Origin: Leptolyngbyaceae cyanobacterium
GTDB lineage: Bacteria; Cyanobacteriota; Cyanobacteriia; Phormidesmidales; Phormidesmidaceae
DNA: 64,000 nucleotides
Reading direction: 5' to 3'
NCBI GenBank assembly: GCA_965263355.1
Contig: CBDHHL010000032.1
Span: 3,136,001 to 3,200,000, forward strand
Numbering within the stretch: the stretch's first letter is position 1; each line of letters starts with the position of its first letter. Below are positions 40,651 to 50,100 of this stretch, piece by piece. The translations under genes and the position numbers were made by a program. A model generated the notes under the pieces. It saw only the letters and a program-made list of their open reading frames with translations. It was not told the DNA's origin and did no database searches.

Positions 40651-42225
40651 ATGACGTTAACTCTACTCATAGGGCTGCCCCTGATAGGAACCCTGGCCAT
40701 ACTTCTCTTTCCTGCCGCCAAGGCAAAGTTGGTGGCCCTGTGGGGAGCCGGTATTCCCCTGTTGTGGAACATTTGGGTGTTTAGTCAGTTTGATCTTAGC
40801 AATAGTCACTTTCAGTGGGGAGAGTCAGCGGCCTGGTTGCCGGTTCTCGGTCTCAACTATGAGTTGGGCATAGATGGTTTGGGTCTTCTGATGGTTGCGC
40901 TCAATACGTTTCTCACCTGGATTGCCATCTACAGTGCTAGACCCGATGTGGAACGCCCTCGTCTGTTCTTTAGCTTGATGCTGATGACCAGCAGCGTCAT
41001 TTCAGGGGCGTTTTTAGCGCAAAATTTTCTGCTGTTCTTTCTCTTCTATGAGGCTTGCCTGATTCCCCTGTATCTATTGATCAATATCTGGGGTGGTGAA
41101 AGGCGTGGTTATGCGGCCACTAAGTTTTTGATTTACACCGCTATTTCTGGGGCCTTGATTTTGGTTGGTGGATTTGGTTTGCTGTGGCTGGGTGGGGCTG
41201 AGGACTTTAGCTATGGTGCTCTGGCGGCAACTAGTTTGCCGTTACAGTGGCAAGTGCTATTGCTGGTCCCGCTCGCCATTGGCTTTGGCATCAAAGTTCC
41301 CATGGTCCCGCTGCACACCTGGCTGCCTGATACCTATGTGGCCGCCTCTACGCCCGTGGCAATTTTGCTGGGGGGGGTGTTGGCAAAGCTCGGTACCTAT
41401 GGCTTGCTGCGATTTGGCTTCAGTCTGCTCCCCGATGGATGGGCCGTAATTGCTCCATGGATTGCGATATGGGCTGCTATGACCATTATTTACTGCGCGT
41501 TTTTGGCGATTGTGCAGCGGGATATTAAACGTATGGTGGCCTATAGCTCTGTCAGTCACATGGGCTATGTACTGCTGGGTAGTGCGGCAGGCAACGATTT
41601 GAGTTTGTCAGGATGTATTGCTCAAATGGTGGCCCATGGGTTGGTATTGGCCATCTTGTTCCATCTGGTAGGTGTGATTGAAGCTAAGGTGGGTAGTCGC
41701 GAACTAGACCAGCTCAATGGGCTGATGAATCCAGTGCGTGGATTACCATTTGTCAGTGCAACGTTGTTGTTGGGGGCGATGTCCAGTGCGGGTATTCCTG
41801 GGTTGGTGAGTTTTGCCGCTGAGTTTGCTGTGTTTCAGGGCAGCTATCGTGTATTTCACTGGCAGGCACTGATGGGTGTAGTCGGTACGGGTTTGACAGC
41901 TGTATACTTTGTGATTTTGTTGAACCGCACCTGCTTTGGTCGCTTGGATAATCAGCGAGCCTATTTTCCTAAGGTCTCGTTTAATGAAAAGGCTCCAGCC
42001 TTGATTTTAGTTATTGTGATCATTGCCCTGGGAGTGCAGCCCAATTGGTTATTCCGCTGGAGTGAGCCAAGGGAGGTTAAGGCCATTGAGATTGTTCCTC
42101 GTACCCAGCAGACAGTGACCTTGGATGAAGTGGGTGGTTTGTTATTGGGTAGCGCAGACGCTTCGAGAATTTTGGATTCGGGTATGAGGGTGTCTTACGC
42201 AGACGCACCGAAAATTTTAGATTGA
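40651..42225 (+). CDS. ndhD3: NDH-1 CO2-uptake subunit D3
   Basis: KVPMVPLHTWLPD, IKRMVAYSS, NGLMNPVRGLP, LNRTCFGRLDN. Confidence 0.9.
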   Translation: MTLTLLIGLPLIGTLAILLFPAAKAKLVALWGAGIPLLWNIWVFSQFDLSNSHFQWGESAAWLPVLGLNYELGIDGLGLLMVALNTFLTWIAIYSARPDVERPRLFFSLMLMTSSVISGAFLAQNFLLFFLFYEACLIPLYLLINIWGGERRGYAATKFLIYTAISGALILVGGFGLLWLGGAEDFSYGALAATSLPLQWQVLLLVPLAIGFGIKVPMVPLHTWLPDTYVAASTPVAILLGGVLAKLGTYGLLRFGFSLLPDGWAVIAPWIAIWAAMTIIYCAFLAIVQRDIKRMVAYSSVSHMGYVLLGSAAGNDLSLSGCIAQMVAHGLVLAILFHLVGVIEAKVGSRELDQLNGLMNPVRGLPFVSATLLLGAMSSAGIPGLVSFAAEFAVFQGSYRVFHWQALMGVVGTGLTAVYFVILLNRTCFGRLDNQRAYFPKVSFNEKAPALILVIVIIALGVQPNWLFRWSEPREVKAIEIVPRTQQTVTLDEVGGLLLGSADASRILDSGMRVSYADAPKILD

Positions 42226-42336
42226 AGAATATGTTCGGTTTGGAATGTTAAGTTGCGTGCGTTTTTTCGGTTGATATTGGTGGGTTTGTGGTGGAGAACC
42301 CAACCTGCGTGATTGTCTTTCTTTTGGGTAAGGATT

Positions 42337-43626
42337 ATGTCTACAACGATTGCTGCGACATTGCCGCCGTCTACACATCCCCATGCTGATGTTATTCATC
42401 GGCTGGAGGCGGGTGGTTCTATGCTGCCGGATACGCCGGAAAACCTGATGCAGATCATTGGGATTTATAAGGCCTATGCGGTTCCCATGGATTTCTACTG
42501 GCGGGATTTGTTGTATATCGCTGAGCAGGTGTTTCTGGAACCGCTGCCGTTCTTTAAGTACTTTATTTCCAAGGAGTATTTAGACCGCCACAACGTATAT
42601 GCTGGAGACAAATCACCGTTGAGAATCTGGCGTGGGCAGGGAGAAGCTCATCCCGAACTGACGGACTTTATCACCCAAGGAGCGTGGAACCGTAAGTTAC
42701 CTCGGTTGCTGCACCACCTTGGCCATGACCGCATCAATATGGAGTTTGCCGAAGCTTGTATGCGGGCGATGTTCTGGCACGAGGACATTAATCCTAAATT
42801 TAATGCCTATCTCTACAGTGATGACTACAGGGTGGCGGCGGACAAGGCAATTAAGGCTTACTTCAAAGGTAATGTGGTTATGTCGGGGCTATATAAGCTA
42901 TTCCCCGACATGTTCCTGGAGCAAGTGCGCCAGAGGTCTTACTATGCCAACCTGGGTCTCTTTTGGGAGGTAATGGCTCCGGTTTTCTTTGAGATGTCGG
43001 ATATCTATGATGAGGGTGGTTTTAAAGGAGTGCCCGATGCCATGGAATTTTTGGTGAATGGCATTTTTGCGGTGGCAGGGCGTCCTATTTATCACCATGT
43101 TTATATCGGTGGCGAATGCTTTGAGATTATTCCCAAGTCAGCAGGAATGACTTGGCTGTATGAAGCAGCCTTGCCCTATGTAGAGGCGGTTTTTTATCGC
43201 ACAACACCATTTAGAGGGACTAAATCCTACGATGCCCAGGTACATCAGGTACCCCGTGATCAGTCAGACTTTCACTATGGCATTCTCTATGCCGATGTGT
43301 TTCCAGTCGGTAGTGCTGGCATTCCCCCCACGCTGCTGATGCATGATATGCTGCGCTTTCTGCCCCCATATTTGGAGGACTATTACCAGCAGCACTGTCG
43401 GGGTGAAGATGACCAGCTAGTTCAGTTGGGTATCACGTTTCAGCGCTCGATGTATAACGTTACATCGGCAGTGATTCAAGCCCTACGAGCAGCCCTGTAT
43501 TACCCACTGGATGATCCGAACCCGGAGCATTTGATGGCTAACCGACGCTTTTTTGAGCAGCAGATGGATCGGTTGACGCGATCAGAGGCCCGTTTGCGTG
43601 ATATTCAGACGGCTGACTATCGCTAA
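42337..43626 (+). CDS. cupA: CO2 hydration protein CupA (ChpY)
   Basis: IHRLEAGGSMLPDTPENL, HDRINMEFAEAC, AGIPPTLLM; CupA-like length; followed by cupS. Confidence 0.93.
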   Translation: MSTTIAATLPPSTHPHADVIHRLEAGGSMLPDTPENLMQIIGIYKAYAVPMDFYWRDLLYIAEQVFLEPLPFFKYFISKEYLDRHNVYAGDKSPLRIWRGQGEAHPELTDFITQGAWNRKLPRLLHHLGHDRINMEFAEACMRAMFWHEDINPKFNAYLYSDDYRVAADKAIKAYFKGNVVMSGLYKLFPDMFLEQVRQRSYYANLGLFWEVMAPVFFEMSDIYDEGGFKGVPDAMEFLVNGIFAVAGRPIYHHVYIGGECFEIIPKSAGMTWLYEAALPYVEAVFYRTTPFRGTKSYDAQVHQVPRDQSDFHYGILYADVFPVGSAGIPPTLLMHDMLRFLPPYLEDYYQQHCRGEDDQLVQLGITFQRSMYNVTSAVIQALRAALYYPLDDPNPEHLMANRRFFEQQMDRLTRSEARLRDIQTADYR

Positions 43627-43711
43627 AAAATGGTGTGGTGTGGCGTTCCATGGAACGTCCCTATAGCGTCAACGATGATCTACTAGATGTCTTCTGAATT
43701 TTGCTTTGATC

Positions 43712-44113
43712 ATGTCAACTATTGTCGATATTGCCCTTAACACCCCTGGTTTTGAAACCTTGGTTGCAGCTGTGCAGGCGGCTAACTTGGTAGAAACATT
43801 ACAGGGAGAAGGGCCATTTACGGTATTTGCTCCCAATGACGATGCCTTTGCAAAGCTGCCGCCCAATACAGTGAATAATTTGGTGCAAAACCCTCCGCAG
43901 TTAGGTCGTATTCTTTGTTACCATGTCGTCCCTGGTATCTGGGAGGCTGCACAATTGCGGCAGATGTCTCAGGTGGTATCGGTGGAAGGATCGCCCATTC
44001 CTATTCGTAGCCATAGTCCTCTAGAAGTGAAAAATGCGACTGTGATTGCTGAGGACATTAAGGCTATAAACGGAATAATTCATGTCATTGATACAGTCAT
44101 ATTGATGGGCTAG
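43712..44113 (+). CDS. cupS: Fasciclin-domain protein CupS
   Basis: [28 protein letters not shown]; directly after cupA. Confidence 0.88.
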   Translation: MSTIVDIALNTPGFETLVAAVQAANLVETLQGEGPFTVFAPNDDAFAKLPPNTVNNLVQNPPQLGRILCYHVVPGIWEAAQLRQMSQVVSVEGSPIPIRSHSPLEVKNATVIAEDIKAINGIIHVIDTVILMG

Positions 44114-44165
44114 CCCATGGTTAAATCCTGCGCTATAGTCTGAGTCTTGTGTCAAAATGTAAAGC

Positions 44166-45215
44166 GTGTGGATTACTTCGTCTCCTACGTCAGCTAAAAA
44201 GCCGACTAAAATTGCTCTTGGTAACTTTGATGGTGTTCATCTTGGCCACCAGCGGGTTATTCAGCCTGTTTTGACCCACAAGGGTGGTATGCCATCCTTG
44301 ATTTTAGCTGAAGATATTTGTTTGCAGGCTGCTGAGGCTTATGGTTATAGCTATTTGCCAGAGACTGGGATTGCAGACCAACTGACTGTCCCATCGTCTG
44401 GATTTTCTGACTGGGCATCGGTAGTGACTTTTTTTCCCCATCCCAGAGAGTTTTTCTCAGGTCGGTCTCGTCCGTTGTTAACGCCATTAGAGGAAAAGAG
44501 CCGTCAGCTGGCTTGTTTGGGGGTAGATCAGCTTGTATTACTGCCATTTAATGCGGCCCTGGCGAATCTAGATGCGGTTACGTTTGTAGAACAGACATTA
44601 ATTAAGGATTTGCAGGCGACCCACATTAGTGTGGGCAGTGATTTCCATTTTGGTAAGGATCGTGGCGGTAATGCGGAGTTGTTAAGTGAGATTGCCGCCT
44701 GTCAGAATATCCCAGTTACCATCGTACCTCTGCACAATGATGATGAAGGGCGCATCAGCAGCTCACGTATTCGCCAAGCCTTGAGCGATGGCGAAATTAC
44801 TAAAGCCAACGGCTTGTTGGGACGGTCCTATACCTTAACTGGGACGGTCGTTCTGGGGCAACAACTAGGCCGTACCCTTGGTTTCCCTACTGCAAACCTG
44901 AAGCTGCCCAGTGATAAGTTGATTCCTCGCCAGGGTGTATACAGCGTTAAAGTGTTTGGCATTTGCCCAGAGCAAAAAAACATCCTTGGTGTGATGAATA
45001 TTGGTAATCGCCCTACTGTTGATGGGCAGTCGATGAGTGTCGAGGTACACATATTTGACTGGGAAGGGGATTTATATGGGAAAACGATCTCGGTCAGTTT
45101 AGAGAGTTTTATCCGACCAGAACGAAAATTTGAATCGTTAGATGCCTTAAAAGTGCAGATCGCACAAGATTGTGAAACGGTAAGAGGTTTTTTTCAGCAA
45201 ATATTAGTTGGATAG
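44166..45215 (+). CDS. ribF: Bifunctional riboflavin kinase / FAD synthetase
   Basis: GNFDGVHLGH, ISSSRIR, GRTLGFPTAN, NIGNRPT, EVH. Confidence 0.96.
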   Translation: MWITSSPTSAKKPTKIALGNFDGVHLGHQRVIQPVLTHKGGMPSLILAEDICLQAAEAYGYSYLPETGIADQLTVPSSGFSDWASVVTFFPHPREFFSGRSRPLLTPLEEKSRQLACLGVDQLVLLPFNAALANLDAVTFVEQTLIKDLQATHISVGSDFHFGKDRGGNAELLSEIAACQNIPVTIVPLHNDDEGRISSSRIRQALSDGEITKANGLLGRSYTLTGTVVLGQQLGRTLGFPTANLKLPSDKLIPRQGVYSVKVFGICPEQKNILGVMNIGNRPTVDGQSMSVEVHIFDWEGDLYGKTISVSLESFIRPERKFESLDALKVQIAQDCETVRGFFQQILVG

Positions 45216-45845
45216 TGTTATCAGGTTTCTGGTTGCTTGCTTTTGCTTCGTGTGGATACTTTTCATGTGCTTCTTGACTGTATTTGGAGTAATCCCCAAT
45301 TCTACAGAAATTTGCTTGTAGGTTAAGTCATGACGATGTAGAAACCAGACCTCTTTTTCCCTAGGAGTAAGCCCATATTGTTCAACCTCTTCAATAAGAA
45401 TATTTTCGACAGCCTGCTGGCGATCTTCAATCATGAGTACAAGGCATGGATGCTCCAGTTGCTCAAGCTTTAGCCATTGAGAACGAATGTGTAGAATGGT
45501 GGCATCTTGGGTTACGATATCAAATTCAGTCAACCAGTTTTGTTTTGGAAAGTGGTGTCGACTTTGAATTAGAGATTGACAAATATGCCAAATTTCTTCA
45601 GGAATTTTGTTGCTTGCCGAGCACTTGGGTCGCAGCCGATTTAAAATTTTGTGGGCACCGTTGCTAGCATAAATTAATTGTTGTTGCTCTGTAAAGACTA
45701 GAATAGCATCAATTAATTCCTGGATCAGGTCTACAGCAAAGGAAGGTTTTTTATTTTTTTGCGTAGATGGTTTTCTAGAAGTCTGCTGATTGGAGTCCTG
45801 CCTGCTTACTACCCTAAGACTAGTATTGAGAGGAGATACTTCCAT
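45204..45845 (-). CDS. LuxR-family HTH regulator with PAS-like N-terminus
   Basis: LTPREKEVW...YKQISVELGITPNTVKKHMKSI; no receiver domain. Confidence 0.88.
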   Translation of the reverse strand: MEVSPLNTSLRVVSRQDSNQQTSRKPSTQKNKKPSFAVDLIQELIDAILVFTEQQQLIYASNGAHKILNRLRPKCSASNKIPEEIWHICQSLIQSRHHFPKQNWLTEFDIVTQDATILHIRSQWLKLEQLEHPCLVLMIEDRQQAVENILIEEVEQYGLTPREKEVWFLHRHDLTYKQISVELGITPNTVKKHMKSIHTKQKQATRNLITLSN

Positions 45846-45965
45846 GATAGCTACTATGTTACGGGGGTTAATCTTGAATTCGCATACCAGAAAAGAAGAG
45901 TTGACGATGAAAATGACTGGGTTAGAAAGTAATATTATTTGAGCCTAAAAAAGACAAGTTTACCT

Positions 45966-46919
45966 TTAGAGAGAAACTGTTAGCGCTATTTGTTCTATCA
46001 TCCAATGGCAAACCTTGTTGACTTCTATACCTGGCCATTGTTGACTTTGATTAGCGAGTTGTACAGTTGGGGTTGGCAGTATTGATACAGTGACATCTTT
46101 GAAATCTTGATTCTGGTGGTTCTGAAGCTGTCTAGTGAGACTGCTGTTATGGCTTCTGATTGCAGGTAATGTTTGGTGAATTAGCCACTGAGCAACAGTG
46201 TTGATGGCTAATTCTGACCAGTCTGTGGTGTTTATGACTGCGTTAGGAGGATTGGTATTGCTATCAATGCCATTGTCGTCTACCTCAGTGACAGCAGCAC
46301 GAATCTCTCGAGAATTAATGTACTCCGCCTGCATCATTGCTCGAAACGAAGGATATCGATCAGCTCCAGGTAACCAGTCTGCTAAGAACCAGGCCTCCCA
46401 TTCTCCATCTTCTGTCATGACATCGGGATTCAGAAGATAAAGAGCAGCATCGTTCACTTCGCTAATTTCTAGAGCTGTTTCCAAATAGTTAACCCTGATT
46501 TGGCGACAGTCTTGCTCCTCTCCGTAAACAAAATACTCCTCATCGGTTATGGTTGATTGGCTAGCTGTACCATTGATATCTGAAGATGGGCTGTTGTCAT
46601 AGCGCTCAAGCCATTGCTGAAACCACTCTGGGTGAGTCTCAGCAAACCAGGCAATTTTGTCGACGGACCAGAGATGCTTAATAAAAGGAGTGGTTTCTTT
46701 CCATCCGTTGCTGGCTTTGAGAAATGCTCGATAGGAAGGTGGCAACGTGATACCTAGCCTAGCTTCAACTGCCAAAATTTGTTCTTCAGTAGCACCTGGA
46801 TAGCCTAACCATTGTTCCTGCTGATCCTTGTCCAAGTTTTGGAGCTGCTGATCTTGCCCATCCTCTAATATCTCCTGACTCCATTGTTTCAGGAACTCTG
46901 ACCAATTAAAGTGAGTCAT
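45966..46919 (-). CDS. SMI1/KNR4 (SUKH) family protein with C-terminal extension
   Basis: PGATEEQI..VEARLGITLPPSYRAFLKASNGW; GEWEAW...RYPSF. Confidence 0.88.
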   Translation of the reverse strand: MTHFNWSEFLKQWSQEILEDGQDQQLQNLDKDQQEQWLGYPGATEEQILAVEARLGITLPPSYRAFLKASNGWKETTPFIKHLWSVDKIAWFAETHPEWFQQWLERYDNSPSSDINGTASQSTITDEEYFVYGEEQDCRQIRVNYLETALEISEVNDAALYLLNPDVMTEDGEWEAWFLADWLPGADRYPSFRAMMQAEYINSREIRAAVTEVDDNGIDSNTNPPNAVINTTDWSELAINTVAQWLIHQTLPAIRSHNSSLTRQLQNHQNQDFKDVTVSILPTPTVQLANQSQQWPGIEVNKVCHWMIEQIALTVSL

Positions 46920-46932
46920 TTTTGCAAGGTAT

Positions 46933-47592
46933 TTAAGTGACTTGTAATACAGGGACTTCAATAAAAGTAGGTAATGCCTGCATATTTTCAATGGTTAGTA
47001 GAACTTGCAGACGGTAAATTCCCTTTTGTAAACTGGCAGTCGGTAGATACACAGTATAGGGCTCCTGTTGAGGAGAGAGTTTGGTCGACGTTAGCACTCC
47101 CAAGGACATGCTTTCTCCTCCTTTTAATTTACGAGCATAGCACTCTAGTCGGTACGAGGCATTGTCTGGCACTTGCGTCAGAATATCTTGTTCTAGGAGA
47201 CTAAACCGCACGACTAATGAAAATGGAAAGTTGCCTTTGATCGGACTAGGAAATATCATGTTGGGTTTGTACAGACCCATTGCTGCAACAGCTGAGGGCG
47301 GTTGAAGAATGAATAAATCGTCTATATTAGCTGTGAGCAGTTGGCTGGTGTCCAGGGTTGTTGCCCGTAGAGCAGCAGGAGCGGGTGGAATGACTCCAGC
47401 TACTTGCGATCGCATCCATGATTGTAGATTCTCCTCCTCAATTCCCGACCAGGTTTCTTCCTGTTCTGTCGCTAAGTGACGCACTAGCGTTCGATAATAA
47501 ACATTGTCGTCATCTTGTCTGGCCTGAAACTCAACGGTAAAAGCTGCAAATGTTTGCCAGTTTTCCGGCGTCTGAGGAGTGGGTGAAACCAT
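46933..47592 (-). CDS. Hypothetical two-domain protein; C-terminal domain paralogous to 48742-49185
   Basis: WQTFAAFTVEFQ...W.G N-domain; PFSL.V, YARKLKGG...LGV, GIYRL C-domain. Confidence 0.8.
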   Translation of the reverse strand: MVSPTPQTPENWQTFAAFTVEFQARQDDDNVYYRTLVRHLATEQEETWSGIEEENLQSWMRSQVAGVIPPAPAALRATTLDTSQLLTANIDDLFILQPPSAVAAMGLYKPNMIFPSPIKGNFPFSLVVRFSLLEQDILTQVPDNASYRLECYARKLKGGESMSLGVLTSTKLSPQQEPYTVYLPTASLQKGIYRLQVLLTIENMQALPTFIEVPVLQVT

Positions 47593-47654
47593 GCTAGTGT
47601 CAGTTGCCTCATTTGCTTCCAGAGTAAGGCTAAAGGTGTTACGTAATTGCTTAT

Positions 47655-47716
47655 GGCCTGAGGCTAACTTACTGGAACCAGAGATCTCTCCCCGGTTCTA
47701 TAAAGTTAGCCTGGCC
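47655..47716. other. Long intergenic stem-loop
   Basis: AGGCTAACTT...GAACC...GGTTC...AAGTTAGCCT arms; no U-tract. Confidence 0.6.
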
Positions 47717-47734
47717 TAAGTCCGCTGACTGTAC

Positions 47735-48301
47735 TTATGCGTCGTAAACTTGCATCAATACGCCTGCAACATAGCCTGCACCCAAGAGACATGGAGCACA
47801 AGGGTGATCGGACATTTCGATGTTAGCGACGGCTGCTATGAGGTAGAAACCAGGTGTCATGCCAGCAGCGTTGGCTGTGCCAGCCCATTCAATTTCATAC
47901 TCATACGTATCCTTTTGAGTAGTAATAGTGGTGGCAACATCAACTTCAGTCGCGTGACCACCACAGCCTTCGATGCAGAAATTGATTTTAACGTCAATGC
48001 CTAAGCATAGGAGAAGCTTAGTTAGGGGAGTATGATTGAAAACAACCTTGACCTTTAGCTTGAAATACTCGTTCTTTTCAACAATTTGAGCTTTATTAGC
48101 AGGTGCTACTTGCTCTGGAAGAGCTGGATTAGCGACCGATGCTACAACCTGTAATTCGCACATTTCAAATTCAACAGGCCCCAAAATATTTCTGGAGTAT
48201 GTTTCAGAAGATGCATACTCACGAGTTAGTTGCTCACTTTTTGGTCTGGCGGCATTGGGAGAAGCACCAAAAGGCGCTCCTTTGGGAATTGTGATCGACA
48301 T
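47735..48301 (-). CDS. Hypothetical Cys-containing beta-rich protein
   Basis: 188 aa; AAGAGG RBS upstream; aligns by eye with 48742-49185. Confidence 0.82.
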   Translation of the reverse strand: MSITIPKGAPFGASPNAARPKSEQLTREYASSETYSRNILGPVEFEMCELQVVASVANPALPEQVAPANKAQIVEKNEYFKLKVKVVFNHTPLTKLLLCLGIDVKINFCIEGCGGHATEVDVATTITTQKDTYEYEIEWAGTANAAGMTPGFYLIAAVANIEMSDHPCAPCLLGAGYVAGVLMQVYDA

Positions 48302-48472
48302 AGGTTTTTCCTCTTAAATACAGAGTAATTACGATTTTGAGGTAGTAGAGCGAATGCCAATTCAACAATTTGTATTGCTAACTACTGTCATTTGTTGAAC
48401 TGAAGAACTCTTTCTTGCTACCTGAGGTTATGATGCCGAATTCATCTAAGTTTGAAAATTCTCCCATGGGGA

Positions 48473-48699
48473 TACCCTGATTGGGGTGATCAGCTTTTGA
48501 GGTGATCATGCTAGATGTAGTGGCATGTTCTGGGGTTTCCCCTTAAAAAACACTATATGAGCTACTCTACCTATAAGGCAGAACCTGATTGAGCCCTCTA
48601 CTCAGATGTGAGCTTGAATGAGAAAATGCATAAACTAGACGGTTTTGTCGTGTGTAGGTGGTACCCAGGCAGGGTACTTTTAGGACCAAAATCAGGGTA
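48473..48699. promoter_or_regulatory. NarL/LuxR-like operator repeats in divergent promoter
   Basis: TACCCTG-AT-TGGGGTG (48473-48488), GTACCC-N5-GGGTAC (48661-48677), AATCAGGGTA (48690-48699, exact inverse of 48473-48482). Confidence 0.45.
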
Positions 48700-48741
48700 G
48701 ATCTAAAAAAATACGATTAACATTCTGTAAAAATTAGGGCA

Positions 48742-49185
48742 ATGTTTATGGATAGTGTCAGCATTCACAGTATGCCGATTCTTTGCCAAATGCAGGATTT
48801 GGTCATCGTGACAAGCCAGACGGATCAGACTGCCACTGATACAATTTTGTGGCATGACAAACCCTTTTCAGTTCAAGTGTCACTAAGGTTTCAGGGGACT
48901 AATGCGATCGCATTACTAGCCTTGAGCCCGATTATTCAAGTCGACTTCTATGCCAGGTCTTTACAAGCTGGTTCAAATCTGGATTTAGGTGTTGTCACTG
49001 TTGAAACAGCCATTGAGTCTATAAATTATACACCTACTCTACAGTTGAATTCACCCACGGAAATTGGCTTTACGGCAACGGCTGTCTATCGTATAGGAGC
49101 CTTGGTTAGAATCGGTGCATTGGATCAACCTGGGTTACTCTGTGGTGTATTAGAAAATCTTGTAGTACAAATTTATCGAAATTAG
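48742..49185 (+). CDS. Hypothetical beta-rich protein (paralog of 47735-48301)
   Basis: PFSVQV..F, LLAL...QVDFYAR, YRIGALVRI, C-terminal VQIY. Confidence 0.8.
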   Translation: MFMDSVSIHSMPILCQMQDLVIVTSQTDQTATDTILWHDKPFSVQVSLRFQGTNAIALLALSPIIQVDFYARSLQAGSNLDLGVVTVETAIESINYTPTLQLNSPTEIGFTATAVYRIGALVRIGALDQPGLLCGVLENLVVQIYRN

Positions 49186-49495
49186 TAGAACGTTGATCAA
49201 TAACCTCATCCTAAATCCACGCTTAAATCATATCGTTGTAGTACAAATGCTTCGTTGCAATATATCGTCTTGTCTAAGTAAACTTAGTTGACATTTTAAG
49301 ATAAGGTTTCCAGATTAAAGAATGAATAGGCTGAATCAGTTAGCTGAGGCTTAGTATCTTCATCGATATTATGCTTGAGCTTTAACATGTTTAGTCTTGA
49401 CATCGTGCATCTCAAGAACAATTTCTTTTATCAGTAGCAAATTTGATTGTGCTTCAGCTAATCCAATATCCCTGTAAGATATTTTTATACATATC

Positions 49496-50083
49496 ATGGA
49501 AGTTTTTGCTGATTGGGAGAATGTTCTTCCAGTAAGTTCTTTAAAAGATCATGACGAACCGGATTTTCTTTGGAGTATTCTTGAAAGTTCAATTCAGGGG
49601 ATTCTAATATTACATGATGTTGATCATTTGCTCTACGCTAATCAACATGCGTGCAGAATTCTACGCAAGATGGATCCAACGTTTTCCCAAAAAAGTGCTC
49701 TTCCAGAAGAGATAAATTATATTTTTCGGTCTCTTCAAGAAATTCGTCACCTGTTTCCCAAGCAAGATTGGCTGATAGAAACCAAAATTCTGACTGATCA
49801 ATCAGCAAGCTTTGAAATCCAGGCACGCTGGACCCATTTGAAGTCAACAAACTCCAAGTGTTTACTTTTGATGCTGCAAGATTCTGATCAGCAACGCCAG
49901 GATATTGCCTTGGAGGAAGCAACTCGCTATAACCTGACTGCCCGCGAAACCGATGTTTGGCTATTATACAGAGTAGGTTATGCGTATAAAGAAATTGCTG
50001 TAGAGCTAGATATTACATCAAATACGGTGAAAAAGCATATGAAAAATATTTGGGCCAAGCAGCAGTCTCAGGCAGACGATTAG
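49496..50083 (+). CDS. LuxR-family HTH regulator with PAS-like N-terminus
   Basis: LTARETDVW...YKEIAVELDITSNTVKKHMKNI; shares PEEI and FPKQ.WL with 45204-45845. Confidence 0.88.
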   Translation: MEVFADWENVLPVSSLKDHDEPDFLWSILESSIQGILILHDVDHLLYANQHACRILRKMDPTFSQKSALPEEINYIFRSLQEIRHLFPKQDWLIETKILTDQSASFEIQARWTHLKSTNSKCLLLMLQDSDQQRQDIALEEATRYNLTARETDVWLLYRVGYAYKEIAVELDITSNTVKKHMKNIWAKQQSQADD

Positions 50084-50100
50084 ATCCCATAGGAACCTGT

